Below are positions 25,136 to 37,980 of a stretch of DNA of 64,000 nucleotides, piece by piece. The position numbers and the translations under genes are program-made. The DNA is from Malacoraja senta (Eukaryota). Under the pieces are notes generated by a model that saw nothing but the letters and a program-made list of their open reading frames with translations, had not been told where the DNA came from and ran no database searches. Position 1 is the stretch's first letter. Each line of letters begins with the position of its first letter. The stretch spans positions 9,302,001-9,366,000 of the forward strand of contig CM075988.1 in NCBI GenBank assembly GCA_038087875.1, given 5' to 3'.

Positions 25136-26381
25136 CCACTTACTGCAAAAGCAAAGGGGATGGAATCTTGGTGCTCCTTCTCATCATATGCAATGGGCCA
25201 GGCTTGCCAGCAAACAGACATCTGTCTTTTCAAGAAAGCATCCCAATCACAGTATCCCAATTACACCACAATCAGTGAAGGTAGGTAATAACACACCCTC
25301 CATGATAATTCTCAATGCTCTTGCCCCGCAAGATGCATTCTCAGTCCCCTATTATACATACATGACTGTATGGCCAAATTCAGTTCTAACTCCATCTACA
25401 AGTTTGCAGATAACACTGCTGTGGTGGGCCGAATCATGAACAGTGATGGAATGGAGTACAGGAATGAGATAAGGACATAACGACATGATGTCTGGACATT
25501 AACCACTCCCTCTATGTCAGCATGACAAAGGAGCTAGTTATCGATTTCAGAAAGCATGGTGGAGGACATGCCTCAATCTGCATCAATGGTGCAGCAGTAG
25601 AAATAGTTGAGGGCGTCAATTCTTTGGAGCTCGAAGTTCTCAACCATTCGTACCAATGGTCTGTTGTGGATAGTACCACCAGCTTTGTTAGTTTAGTTTG
25701 GAGATACAGCGTGGAAACAGGCACTTCAGCCCATTGAGTCTGCAATGACCAGTGATCCCCGCACATTAACACTATCCTACACACACTAGGGACAATTTTT
25801 AAAAAACATTTATACCAAGCCAATTAACCTACAAACCTGATGTCTTTGGAGTGTGAGAAGAAACCGAGGATCTCGGAGAAAACCCACGCGGTCACGGGAA
25901 GAACGTTCAAACTCTGTACAGACAGCGGCCGTAGTCAGGATTAAACCCGGGTCTCTGGTGCTGTAAGACTACAACTCTAGAGCTGTGCCACCCTTTATGA
26001 AAAAATAGTCTCTCAGTCTCCTATTGAATCTTTCACCTCTCACCTTAAAATTGATGCCCTATAGGTCATCATTCCCAATGCTTGGAAAAATACTGTGCAT
26101 TCATCCTTTCTTTGCCCCTTGGAATTTTATACCCCTCAGTCTTCTATGCTGCAAGGACTAGAAGACTTCCCATTCCTTGGAGCATAGGAAGGAATGGCCA
26201 CATTAACTTGTCCAACCTCCCCTTAAAAGTCATTCCCTCAAGATGTGTCAAATTGGTATTTGAGATAAAGCCAGCTATTATAATTGGCTAGCGTCAGAGA
26301 GGACACAGCAGTGATGCCGTTGGGGGAGAATGTGGGGAATGCAGGGCGGCACGGTGGCACAGTGGTAGAGTTGCTGCCTTA

Positions 26382-26506
26382 AGGGCCAGTCCCACAAACA
26401 CGACTTCTCAGCGACTGTCTCCGACCTTCAAGCTCGAGGGCACTCGCCTGAAAAACCTCGAGCTGGATCGACTGTCAGCGATGAAACCGCGAGCTGAATC
26501 GACCGA

Positions 26507-26548
<42 letters not shown>

Positions 26549-26665
26549 CGCAAAGGCGGGGGTCAGGGAAAGCGGGGGAGCACTGTCTGAAATTCACACC
26601 CGCGATGAACAGGAAGGTAAAAGACGGCTGGCACATAATGGTAAGTCCTTTAGAGAGCACGGAGG

Positions 26666-26696
<31 letters not shown>

Positions 26697-27260
26697 GAGA
26701 GAAGGGGAGAGAGGGGGAGAGGGGAGAGAAGGGGAGAGAAAGGGGGGAGAAAGGGGGGAGAAAGGGGGGAGAAAGGGGGGAGAAAGGGGGGAGAAAGGGG
26801 GGAGAAAGGGGGGAGAAAGGGGGGAGAAAGGGGGGAGAAAGGGGGGAGAAAGGGGGGAGAAAGGGGGGAGAAAGGCAAACATCTTTTAATAAATTTAACG
26901 GGCATTTAACATTACCGGTCAGTTTACTTACCTTTTTTTTCTCAACAAGCTTTACTTTCGTCTACCCTCGATTATTTACAAATAACATGCCGACCAATTA
27001 CGACTTACCTCGACTAAACCTACGAGTAAAAAATTATTGATTTTTTCCATGGCGACCTTTATTTACTCACGGGCATTTTTCAGCGTGTTGAAAAATATGC
27101 CGCGACCTAGCTGAGGTCTCGAGTACGCGGGGACTACTCTCGAGCATGAAGGAGAGTTACAAAGACCTCCCAGGGCCTCGTGTCGACCATGCTGTGAATA
27201 TGAGTCGAGGGCAAACTCTTCTGAACTCGCGGATTAGGTTGCCGCAGTGGGACAGCCCCT
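26382..27260. mobile_element. PIF/Harbinger-type MITE inserted in a SINE head; contains (CA)n and a ~11-bp GGGGGGAGAAA purine repeat
   Basis: 14-bp TIR AGGGCCAGTCCCAC / GTGGGACAGCCCCT; TTA TSD at 26379-26381 and 27261-27263. Confidence 0.85.
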
Positions 27261-30200
27261 TTACAACGCTTGCACCACCCGTGACCTGGGTTCGATCCCG
27301 ACTATGGGTGCTGTCTGTACCAAGTTTGTATGTTCCCACCTTGACCTGCGTGGGTTTTCTCCGAGTTTCCTCCCACACTCCAAAGACATACAGGTATGTA
27401 GGTTAATTGGCTTTGTGTGACTGTAAATTGTCCCTAGTATGTGTAAGATTGTGTTAATGTGAGGGGATCACCGGTCGGTGCAGTCTCGGTGGGCCGAAGG
27501 GCCTGTTCCCCTAAACTAAAGAATAAAAAATGGGATCAGCATAGGATTCATATTACTGGGTACTTGATATTCAGCACAGTGGACCAAAGGGCTTGTTTCA
27601 ATACTGTATGATTGATTGATTGAAAGATACGGCATGGAGCTAGGCCCATTAGCCCACCATGTCCACACCAACCACTGATCACCTGTTCACAATAGTTCTA
27701 TGTTATTCCATTTTCACATTTACTCTGTACACACCAGGGGCAATTTGCAAAGGTCAATTAAAAACTACAAACCCATACTTCTTTGTGACATGGGAGAAAA
27801 CCTGAGCACCTAGATGAAACCCATCGGTCACAGGAAGAATGTGCAAACACCACACAAACAGCACCTAAGGTCTGGATTGAACAAGGTACCTGGCGCTTTA
27901 AGGCAACAGCTCTACCCATTGCAGCACCATGCCACCCGTATGATTCTTTGACTGTGACTCCAAGCTATAGTCGTACAGCTCAACAAAGTTGGCATGAAGC
28001 TGTACCAACTACAGTCTTGAGCTGTAGTAATAGTTCCTGACTGCAGAAGTGCAATGTAGCAAACAGGGATTGCATTCTGTCCTGTATTGGTTAAGCCATC
28101 TTGACACTATGTGGTAGAGTATGCCACACTCTCCAGACACAACACAGACACACTAATGAACACTGAAAGTGCTACCGACACTAATTCCTGACATAATGTA
28201 GCTGACATTGTGACTTGCTGACCTTTCAATACCTTTTTACCTCAACAGTGAGTTAATCTCTCCACTGTCAAAGCAACCATGAAGACATCCTGGAAATTCT
28301 GATTTGAACCCAGGTCAGTCTTCCTGAGGGATTACATGGCGTTGCTTCTGAAGTAGGTCACCCGCTGCAGCTAGACAGAGTTATGACTGGTACAATGATG
28401 TGACTGGAAGTGATTTGCAGTGACTGATTTCTTTAAGCACACATGTAAAATCACAGGCATTAATTTCTGGCAGGTATGCTCCACCAAGGGTATCTGCCGG
28501 GAACATCTACTCATTTCCCATTCATGAAACGCTCAAACAATAGATATGGCAACGTTAACAGATAATTTCAGCTGGTTGTTCAATGTGAACATGATGGTTA
28601 CAATTCTCAGTATTTGATGTGATCTGGTCTGAGATGAAAGATTCACATTTTCTTTGCTGAGATTAATACATAGGTGACATTATGATACAGACGTGACTAT
28701 CTGTTCACATTACACTGTTGCTATTTCAGTTTCAGTTTGAGTGATGATGTATTATGACGCAAATTTTTTGAGATTGTAATAATAGAGTCTTGGTACGTAA
28801 ATGATCACTTCATCAAATTTAGCTATACACTCCAGAACCATACTATCTCTCTCTGTAGTGCATCTTTGAGGAGATTAGTCAGGTCTGACTGCTGCCTGTA
28901 TTTAGGCTTTAGACTATCGAGATACAGTGTGGAAACATGCCCTTTGGCCCACCGAGTCGGCGCCGATCAGCAAACACCCCCTACACCAGCACTATCCTGC
29001 AACCTAAAACTACAGCCCAAAACATCACCTATCCGTGCACTCCAGGGATGCTGCCTGACCCGTTGAGTTACTCCTGTATTTTGTGTCTTTCCTTGGTAAA
29101 CTAGCAAGTTCCTGCACAAGAACAAATTAGTTTAGTTTAGTTTAGAGATACAGCGCGGATAAAACCTCCTTGGCCCACCGAGTCCGTGCCGACCAGCGAT
29201 CCCCGTACATTAACACTACAATGCACACACTAGGGGCAATTTACAATTATACCAATTTACAATTAACCGACAAACCTGCACGTCCTTGGAGTGTGGGAGG
29301 AAACTGGAGCACCCTGGGAAAACCAATGTGGTCACAGGGAGAACGTAAAACTCCGTACAGACAAGCACCCATGGTCTGGATCGAACCGGGCGCTGTGAGG
29401 CAGCAACTCCAGCACTGAGCCACTGTGTCACCCCTAATTGAGTTAATTGAGATTAATATAATTTTAGATCAGTAACAAATGATAGTTACTCCCCTAGCCC
29501 TCATACCCTCTCCTATTGACCATTTGATTTAGTGCACTGTAAACTAAAGTGTAGTTCAGAGGAGGATAGATTGTTCTAAAAGGGGATTTAATTCTGTCAT
29601 TTATCATAAGAAGTGGCAAGATGCAGCATTTTATTTGCTGCGAGTATAGAAAAAATTAACATCATTAACACCCTCAGACTAAAGATATTTTTAATGCACT
29701 TGTCTGGGATAAATTTGAATGCTAGAAAGATGCTCTGAAGTGAAATTCTTCAGATCTTTTATTTTAGCAGTGCTAATATATTCAGAATCAATTTCCCTTA
29801 CAGCTTTCTAATTTTAAAGATTTGCACGTGTTTTTGAGTGGAAGCAAGATTCTCTAATTATACCTTAGAGCTAAAGAGATTCAGTTTGAGAGATCATTAT
29901 TACTATTCAAGCTGTGATATAAATATGCACTTTAGACATGATAACAGTGATAACTAGAATCAAGACTGTAAACCTATCATTCAGAGAATGTAAAGATTGG
30001 TATTTTAATGTCCAAGTGTCTCTTTAATAGGCTAGCACAGCAAAATGGTACAAGCAGTGGAGTTGCTACCTCATCGCTTGAGCCATCCAGGTTCAGTGCT
30101 AATGCTCTGGTGCTCTCTGTGTGGAGTTTGCATGTTCTCTCTTTGGGTTTCCTCAGGGTGCTCCCATTTCCTCCCACATCCCAAATATGTGCAGGCCGAT

Positions 30201-31270
30201 GGGTTCATTGGTCACTTAAACTTACCCCAATGTGCTGGAGAGAGATGGAATTTTGAGTTTAGTTTGAGTCTAGTTTATTGCCATGTGCACCGAGGTAGAG
30301 TGACATGCTAACCAGTCAGCGGAAAGACAATACGTGATTACATTCGAGCCATCCTGAGGGATGTTGATGGGAATGCAGGTAGAAAAATGTAATATTTTTT
30401 GGTACATTTGTCATATTGTGTCATCTTTGGCACAGACATGGTGGGCTGAGGAGCCTGTTTCCATATCATGTTACTCTATGATACAGAGGCGGTTTATGTA
30501 TCCTTGCTGGTGTTGACCTCTCTGATAATTTATGATCATTTTAATCACCAGCTGTCTTTAACTCGTTGGGCCCTCAAATAATTGTTGTCGCGGTTTAAAT
30601 ACTTAAATATCATATATTTCTTCAGGTCATTTATACATTTGCCCTGTCCCTCCTGGATTACCTCCCACGATACAATCACAAGGGGACTCTAAATCCAAGC
30701 CAGGTCATAAAGTTTTGAACGGCAATACCATCAAATTGCAAATCACAATCTAATTATCCCCTCTGGTCAGATTACTCTGCCGCAAGGCATAAGCCGTTCT
30801 TTTATTGAATATTGAGGTTTGCCAGTTATACTGTATAGGGCAATGACGTGGTTCTGTTAATGAGAGGCATGGTACAGATTGTAATCACGGTTTATACTTT
30901 TTACAATGGATTGCAGTCCATCGTGTTTACTGACCTCCCCACCTTCAAAGGAATCTACAAGAGTCGCTCTCAAAAAGGCAGCCCGCATCATCAGAGACCC
31001 ACACCACACTGACCACACTCTTCTTTCACTCCTGCCATCAGGAAGACGGTGTAGGAGCCTGAAAACTGTAATGAACAGGTTCTGAAGCAGCTTCTTCCCC
31101 ACAACCATCAGGCTATGAAATACTACAACCTCCAAATAAGCTCTGAACGACATAGATTTGGTGTCATTATTTTTGTCCTTGCATTATTATTAATTATTGT
31201 TCATGGGGGAATTATTGTTCTATTAATCATTAATCCAGTGATAGTATTGATAACCTCACTATCCATTATA

Positions 31271-32323
31271 TCTATATTACTAAAAGTCTGATCTTGACCT
31301 CTTCCTGTTTTTCTGTTTCATGATATTAGAAAAAAACGCTGCCACATACGGCTGTGATTTTTGGCCATCATATACAGAGTCCCCCTCCGCTGCGTAGGAC
31401 AAGAGGATTTTTCCCATCGATGAAAAATAAAAGAGTTGTTAATGTTTTAAAAAGGTTGAGATTCTCTCTGCTGCCCCAGCTGGTGGGAGGGACTATAAAA
31501 CCCGGAAGTGTTGTGCCTCAGTCAGTCTCTGCAAGATGGGGGGAAGTGAGAGGGTCATGTCTCTCAGTCTGAGCTGTGAATAACACTGAACACATGTCTA
31601 CTAAATTGTGAATGTGGTTTTACTGACCTTGAGTGCCCTTAATGTGGTTTAAAAATGAAAATGTGGTTGGTTTAAAGTAAAAGCACTGTAAATGGCTGGT
31701 GGGGGTTGGGTTGAAGTAAAAGCATTGTAAATGGCTGGTGGGGGTTGGGTTGAAGTAAAAGCACTGCAAATGGTTGGTATGGGATTGGGTTGAATTAAAA
31801 GCACTGCAAATGGTTGGTGGGGCTTTGGGTTGAAGTAATAGCTCTGAAAATGGTTGGAGGGGGTTTGGGTTGAAGTAAAAGCACTGTAAATGGTTGATTG
31901 GGTTTTGGTTTGAAGTAAAAGCACTGCAAAAGGTTGGAAATCTAAACGTGACAACTTCCTGTTTGCACTGTATATTGATTTTAGATAAAAACGCTATCAC
32001 TTACGGCTGTGATTTTTGGCCATCTTACTCAGCCCCCCTCCGTTCATCAGGTGCAGAGGATTCTTCCTATCAATGAAAAATAAAAGTGTTATTAGTGTTA
32101 TGAGGGACTGAGCTGCCACCCCAAGAATCCATTTTGCCCACAATGTCCATACTAGCCCTCTGTAGAGCATTCCCTTCAGCCCACAACATCCATACCAGCG
32201 CTCCAGAAAGCCCCCCGCCCCCACTGGCCAACAATATTGGAATTGGTGGAGAGGTGGAATATTGCATTGGGAGACCAGCCCTCCCATGTGAACATGGGGC
32301 CCAATGCATCCCACTTAGTCTAG
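31271..32323 (+). mobile_element. Non-autonomous Helitron-like element
   Basis: A|TC start, CTAG|T end, degenerate subterminal hairpin, no TSD; internal ~41-bp tandem array (31665-31940) and ~150-bp direct repeat (31296-31450 / 31950-32100). Confidence 0.7.
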
Positions 32324-32359
<36 letters not shown>

Positions 32360-33849
32360 CTCACAGAATATTACTTTTTTGTTGTTTATTAAGGTGCTTT
32401 GGTGTTTATAGAGTACCATGTTCACATATCTGTGGAGAAAAGAACTGCAGATGCTGGTATATACCGAAGAAAAGCACAAAGTGCTGGAGTAACTCAGTGG
32501 GTCAGGCAGCAAAACTGGAGAAATAGGATGGGTGATGTTTCAGGTCGGGACCCTTCTTCAGACTGAGTTCTCGGCTCAACTCCAGCCCAAAGCCTCCATG
32601 CTGCAGGCTCCTATACCTTGTGGTCTAGGTTTACATATCTGCGTGCGTCCGCAAGTGAGAATTTCATTGCCCTGTTTCGAGACAAATGACTACAAAACAC
32701 TCTTGACTCTTGTATGTGAGGTTGAGGATTTAGTGAGAGTAGCAGGAAAGTATAGCTTCCTTTTGCATTTAATACACACAGTTTTTGAGGGAGTATTTGG
32801 GGATGGCATTGATAAACCACTATCCATTCAGAACACATGGTGAATGGTGAATGATGTATGGTGGAAGGAGTGCACCAGCTCACTAATTGTTCTTGCACCT
32901 TCCCTGATAGTGGATTCCTAAGGCAGTCTCATCAGCCATTCCAGAGAGAACAAAGTCATCAAGAAACCCTTGCTTTCCCTCTCTCCATCCCTTCCCCTTC
33001 CCAGTTCTCCGACCAGTCTTACTGTGTCAGTTTACATTTTATTTTATCTCTGTTTGCTTTGTTGTTAGCTTCTCCCAGCTCACAATGATCTATTCTACAT
33101 TTTCCTTGATCTGCATTCTGTTTGCCCTGTTTTCACACCTTTACACTTCCTTATCTATCTATCTATCTCCCTTCTCTGAAAAAGGATCTCGACCCAAAAC
33201 ATCAGCCATTCCTTCTCTCCAGAGATGCTGTCTGTCCCGCTGAGTTACTCCAGCATTTTGTGTCTATCCTCGATCTCGAGGAGTTGGTTAAAGAGAAGGC
33301 TTTGTGCAAGGTTGTGGCAGTAAACAGAACAGCTGATTTAAGAAGCATTCAAAATCTTGCAGTGCGTGAATCCACAAGGAATCAGTCCCCTCGCCCCCAC
33401 CCCAAATAATGTCTGAAGAAGGGCCTTGAGGGTTCCCGACCTAAATGTTACCTTACCATTTTCTTTAGAAATGTTGCCTGACCCGCTGAGTTACTCCAGC
33501 ATTAAGTGTCAATCCTATTAAATCTTTCCGCACTCACGTTAAACCTTTGTCCTCTGGTTCTCGATTTCCCTACCCTGGGCTAAAGTCTCTGTCCATTCGC
33601 CCTATCTATTCCCCTCAAGATAGTATATGCCTCTATTAGATCGCCCGTCAACCTCTTGCACTCCAAGGAATAAAGTGCTAGCCTCTGCAAATAATTCAGG
33701 ACCTCGCGTTCTGATAACAGCCTCATAAATCTTCTCTGCACCCTTTGCAGCGTAGAGGCAAAGTAGTGGGATCATTAAACATTTCCACCAATGTGCTAGC
33801 AGTAGGTCGATGGGCTGAACAGCCTCCTCCTTGGCTCCGTTTACTACCC

Positions 33850-34617
33850 TGAACTGAACTGAACTGAACTGAACTTTATTTATAGAGCACTTTAAAAACA
33901 ACCACTGTTGCAACAAAGTGCTGTATTAAAGACAGTAAAACATTAAAGACAGTAAAAACAATAAAAAAAAACAATAGAAACACTAAAACAGGAGCAAAGT
34001 CTCATGCAGGGTCAAAAGCCAAGGAATAGAAAAGGATTTTGAGACTAGTTTTGAAAATGGACAGTGAAGGGGCCTGTCTAATGTGCAAAGGTAGAGTGTT
34101 CCATAATGTCGGAGCAGCAACAGAGAAGGCTCTATCCCCTCTGAGCTTCCGCTTAGACCTCGGTACCTCCAGGAGCAGTTGATCAGCTGACCTGAGGCAC
34201 CAAGCAGGACCGTAGGGATGAAGCAGCTCCGAGAGGTAAGGCGGGGCGAGACCATTTAAAAATTTAAAAACAAATAAAAGAATCTTAAAATGAACTCTAA
34301 AGTACACAGGCAGCCAGTGGAGGGAGGCCAGAATAGGCGTTATGTGCTCCCTCTTACGTGTTCCAGTTAAAAGGCGAGCAGCAGCATTCTGAACCAACTG
34401 GAGACGTGCAAGGGATGATTGGCTAACTCCAAAATAAAGTGCGTTACAGTAATCCAGCCGAGATGTGATGAAGGCTGTCGTTCAAGAATGGGCTTCACCT
34501 TTGCCAGCTGCCTTAAATGAAAGAAGCTGGACTTAACTACCGCGCCTATTTGACGATCTAATTTAAAATCACTGTCCATCTTAAAACCCAAGTTTAAAAC
34601 CCTCCTTTTTACAACCA
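33850..34617 (-). mobile_element. L2 LINE 3' fragment
   Basis: VQNAAARLLTG..HITPILASLHWLPV..RAFSVAAPTLWNTLP; (GTTCA)n tail. Confidence 0.92.
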
Positions 34618-35822
34618 TGGGTTCTGTATTATAGGTTTAGTTGCACACTGACATTCCCTCAAAATAAATAAGTATAACGATTGGTAATCGATACTTTAAT
34701 TGCCGCTTAATGTTGTCGCTTTGAATGTTCAATGCCAATTATTGACTTGTGATTCTCCACTCAATTTTGAAAGCTATTTAAAGCATTAAATTGTCAACGA
34801 ATATGAAGAGGAATTGGAATAAGTGGTCTGTCGAAAAAAATAAATGTGATTTTGAACATACGCTGCCTCCATTTATTGATTCAGTAAACTAAAATAAGCA
34901 AATCTCCAAGGTATGTCAGGAGACACAAGGAACTGCAGATGCTGATTTATGAAAAAAAAGAAGCGCAAAGTGTTGGAGTAACTCAGTGAGAGGCAAAATC
35001 TCTGGAGGATGTGAATAGGTGACGATTTGAGTCTGGACTCTTCTTCAGTCCGATTGTAATAGGTGGGGTGAGAAATCTGGAAAAAAGAGGTGGAGGCAAG
35101 ACAAAGCCTGGCAAGTGATGGGTGGATACAGGCGAGGGAGGGGGAGTATTCGCAGATGGGTGGACAAAGGCTGGAGATGAAAAAGAGACAAAAGGGTGTA
35201 AGATAAGGAGAGAAGAGGAGTGAAATGTGAAGCCAGTGGCGGGGATACAGGTCAGAAGGGTGAGGGAAGGGGGAAGGGGAAAGGGGGGGGGGGGAGAAAT
35301 AGTGGGCTAAATTAGTGTACACCCAGATTTGGCACAAGAAAGAAAGTGGGTTGGAAAGGAAGGGGATTAGTTGTCTAAATTTGGAAAATTCAATGTTTAA
35401 ATTCAGGTATGTTAGTAGTTTGTTGAAGTTCCCGCACTGCTTGAAGGAGTACACTTTAGTCTTTGGACTTTAGGGGAAAAGTACAGAAAAAGTCTCTTTA
35501 GCCCACCGAGTCGATCACCCTGTACAGCAGCGACCAGCAATCACCCTGTACACTAACATTAACCTACTGTATACACTCGGCACAATTTACAATTTTACCG
35601 AAGCCAATTAACCTACAAACCCATACATCTTTGGAGTGTTGGAGGAAACCGGAGCACATGGAGAAAATCCATGCAGTCACAGAGAGAAGGTACAAATACC
35701 ATGCAGATAGCAGGCATAGTCAGGATTGAACCCAGGTGTCTGGTGCTGTAAGGCAGCTGCTCAACTGCTGCACCACTCTGCCACCCCTGTACAGTTTTAA
35801 CAACATTCAAAGCACACTGCAG

Positions 35823-36520
35823 ATAGACACAAAAACCTGGAGTAACTCAGTGGGTCAGACAGGATCTCTGGAGAAAAGGAATAGGTGATGTTTCGGGTTG
35901 AGACCCTTCTTCAGACCTGCAGAAAGGGAAATGAGAGATATGGACTATGATGTAGGGGAATATAGAAGAAATGAATGAAAGATATGCAAAAAAAGTAACA
36001 AAGATAAAGGAAACAGGCTATTGTTAGATGTGGCTTAGGTGAAAATGTGTATGGACAATGAGACTCAACAAGATGACTTTGAAGCTGGTATTACTTGGAT
36101 GGGGGAGGGATGGAGAGAGGGGGGATGCAAGGGTTATTTGAAGTTAAAGAAATCAATATTCATACCACTGGGTTGTAAGTTGCCCAAACAAAATATGAGA
36201 TGCTGTTCCTCCAATTTGCGTTTGGCCTCACTCTGACAATGGAGGCATAGGACAGAAAGATCAATGTGGGAATGGGAAGGAGAATTAAAGTGTTTAGCAC
36301 TTAGAGATCAGGTAGGTCCAGGCAGACTGAGACAAGGTGTTCAGCGAAACCATTGCCCAGTCTACGTTTGGTCTCGCCGATGTATACATCTTGAACCACA
36401 GATACAGTGGATGAGGTTGGAGGAGGTGCAAGTGAACCTGTGCCTTAGCCTGAATGGACTGTTGGCGTCCCTGGACAGAGTCAAGGGAGGAGGTATAGGA
36501 ACAGGTGTTGCATCTCCTGC
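35823..36520 (-). mobile_element. Penelope-like element 3' part (GIY-YIG remnant plus terminal repeat with hammerhead motif)
   Basis: RHRFTCTSSNLIHCICGSRC then IGET in a shifted frame; hammerhead motif at 35885-35917. Confidence 0.75.
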
Positions 36521-37473
36521 TTTAAGTGTTTGCTGCTTGATTGTCACCCCATCTTCTACTTATACACCACTCTCTCCACCACAGTCAGATCGTGTCTCCT
36601 GTATGCATCGTCTACAAAGTCAACTCACCAAGGCTTCTTCACCTGCACCTCCCAAACCTGCAACTTCTGCCAACAGGACAGACAAGGGCAGCAGTCAGAT
36701 GAGAGTGCTTCCAACTGCAGGATGGATTTCCTTTAAGCAACACATCATCCTGATATGGGAATCCATCACTCTTGACGCTGGTCATCGAACCACTCACCTA
36801 TCAGCACCACAGGAATATCTTTGCCAAAACATAGCAGCTGTTCCTAAAAAATTAAACAGCTCACCATCACCTTCTGAAGAACAACTTGGTGAAGGCAATA
36901 AATGCTGGCCTTACAATTGACGTCCACTTCCTCTGACTGAATTAATAAACAACAAAAGTTATGGTGAAATATTCTCTTACAAGTCAGAGTCTAGGGACCC
37001 ACTGTAATGAAAGCTGCCTCATACATTGCACTTTCAATTACTTTCCTAATAATCAGTTTCTGCTTAATTGTAAATTCTTTCTGGTCGTGAGTGATTGCAA
37101 TTAAGAGCACAAGAGCACTAGACTGTACATAATTGCCTTCAATGTGCAAAATAAATAACCACTTATTTTTATTTCAATGGTGTTCTTGATTGCAAAGAAC
37201 TATGATCTGAACGAACATGCAAAATATGATCGATCCACAGTTAATTATTGCAGTCTGTTCACAGAAACAATCCCAGCACCATGATTCTCTTCAACAACAA
37301 GCCAAAGAGCTGTCTTAATGCAAAAATCCTCATTGTTTAATCAACATGTATTTTGTATATTGTTAAAAGAATGATGATAAATAATCGAGGATTTGGGTGA
37401 AGAGCTATCAAGTTGTGAAGGAGCTGGATTGTCATTAGGAAATGTGAATGGAGAAATTGCAGTGTATGATATA

Positions 37474-37980
37474 CATAGATACATAGAAAATAGGTGCAGG
37501 AGTAGGCCATTCGGCCCTTCAAGCCTGCACCGCCATTCAATATGATCATGGCTGATCATCCAACTCAGTATCCCGTACCGGCCTTCTCTCCATACCCCCT
37601 GATCCCCTTAGCCACAAGGGCCACATCTAACTCCCTCTTAAATATAGCCAATGAACTGGCCTCAACTACCCTCTGTGGCAGAGAGTTCCAGAGATTCACC
37701 ACTCTCTGTGTGAAAAAGTTTTTCCTCATCTCGGTCTTAAAGGATTTCCCCCTTATCCTTAAGCTGTGACCCCTTGTCCTGGACTTCCCCAACATCGGGA
37801 ACAATCTTCCTGCATCTAGCCTGTCCAACCCCATAAGAATTTTGTACGTTTCTATAAGATCCCCTCTCAATCTCCTAAATTCTAGCGAGTATAAGCCAAG
37901 TCTATCCAGTCTTTCTTCATATGAAAGTCCTGACATCCCAGGAATCAGTCTGGTGAACCTTCTCTGCACTCCCTCTATGG
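37474..37980 (-). mobile_element. Young CR1 3' fragment, same subfamily as 2345-5523
   Basis: Near-identical reverse complement of ~5008-5510. Confidence 0.95.

Noticed and set aside
26343..26381. tRNA-like A/B-box sequences
   Set aside because: These are SINE heads continuing into the V-SINE body, not tRNA genes
26475..27040. Low-complexity ORFs (GGRKGGER/PPFSPL repeats)
   Set aside because: Translations of a purine tandem repeat inside a MITE
31665..31940. CRISPR-like regular repeats (also 46996-47405 and 3140-3380)
   Set aside because: Head-to-tail units without unique spacers, no cas genes, vertebrate transposon context
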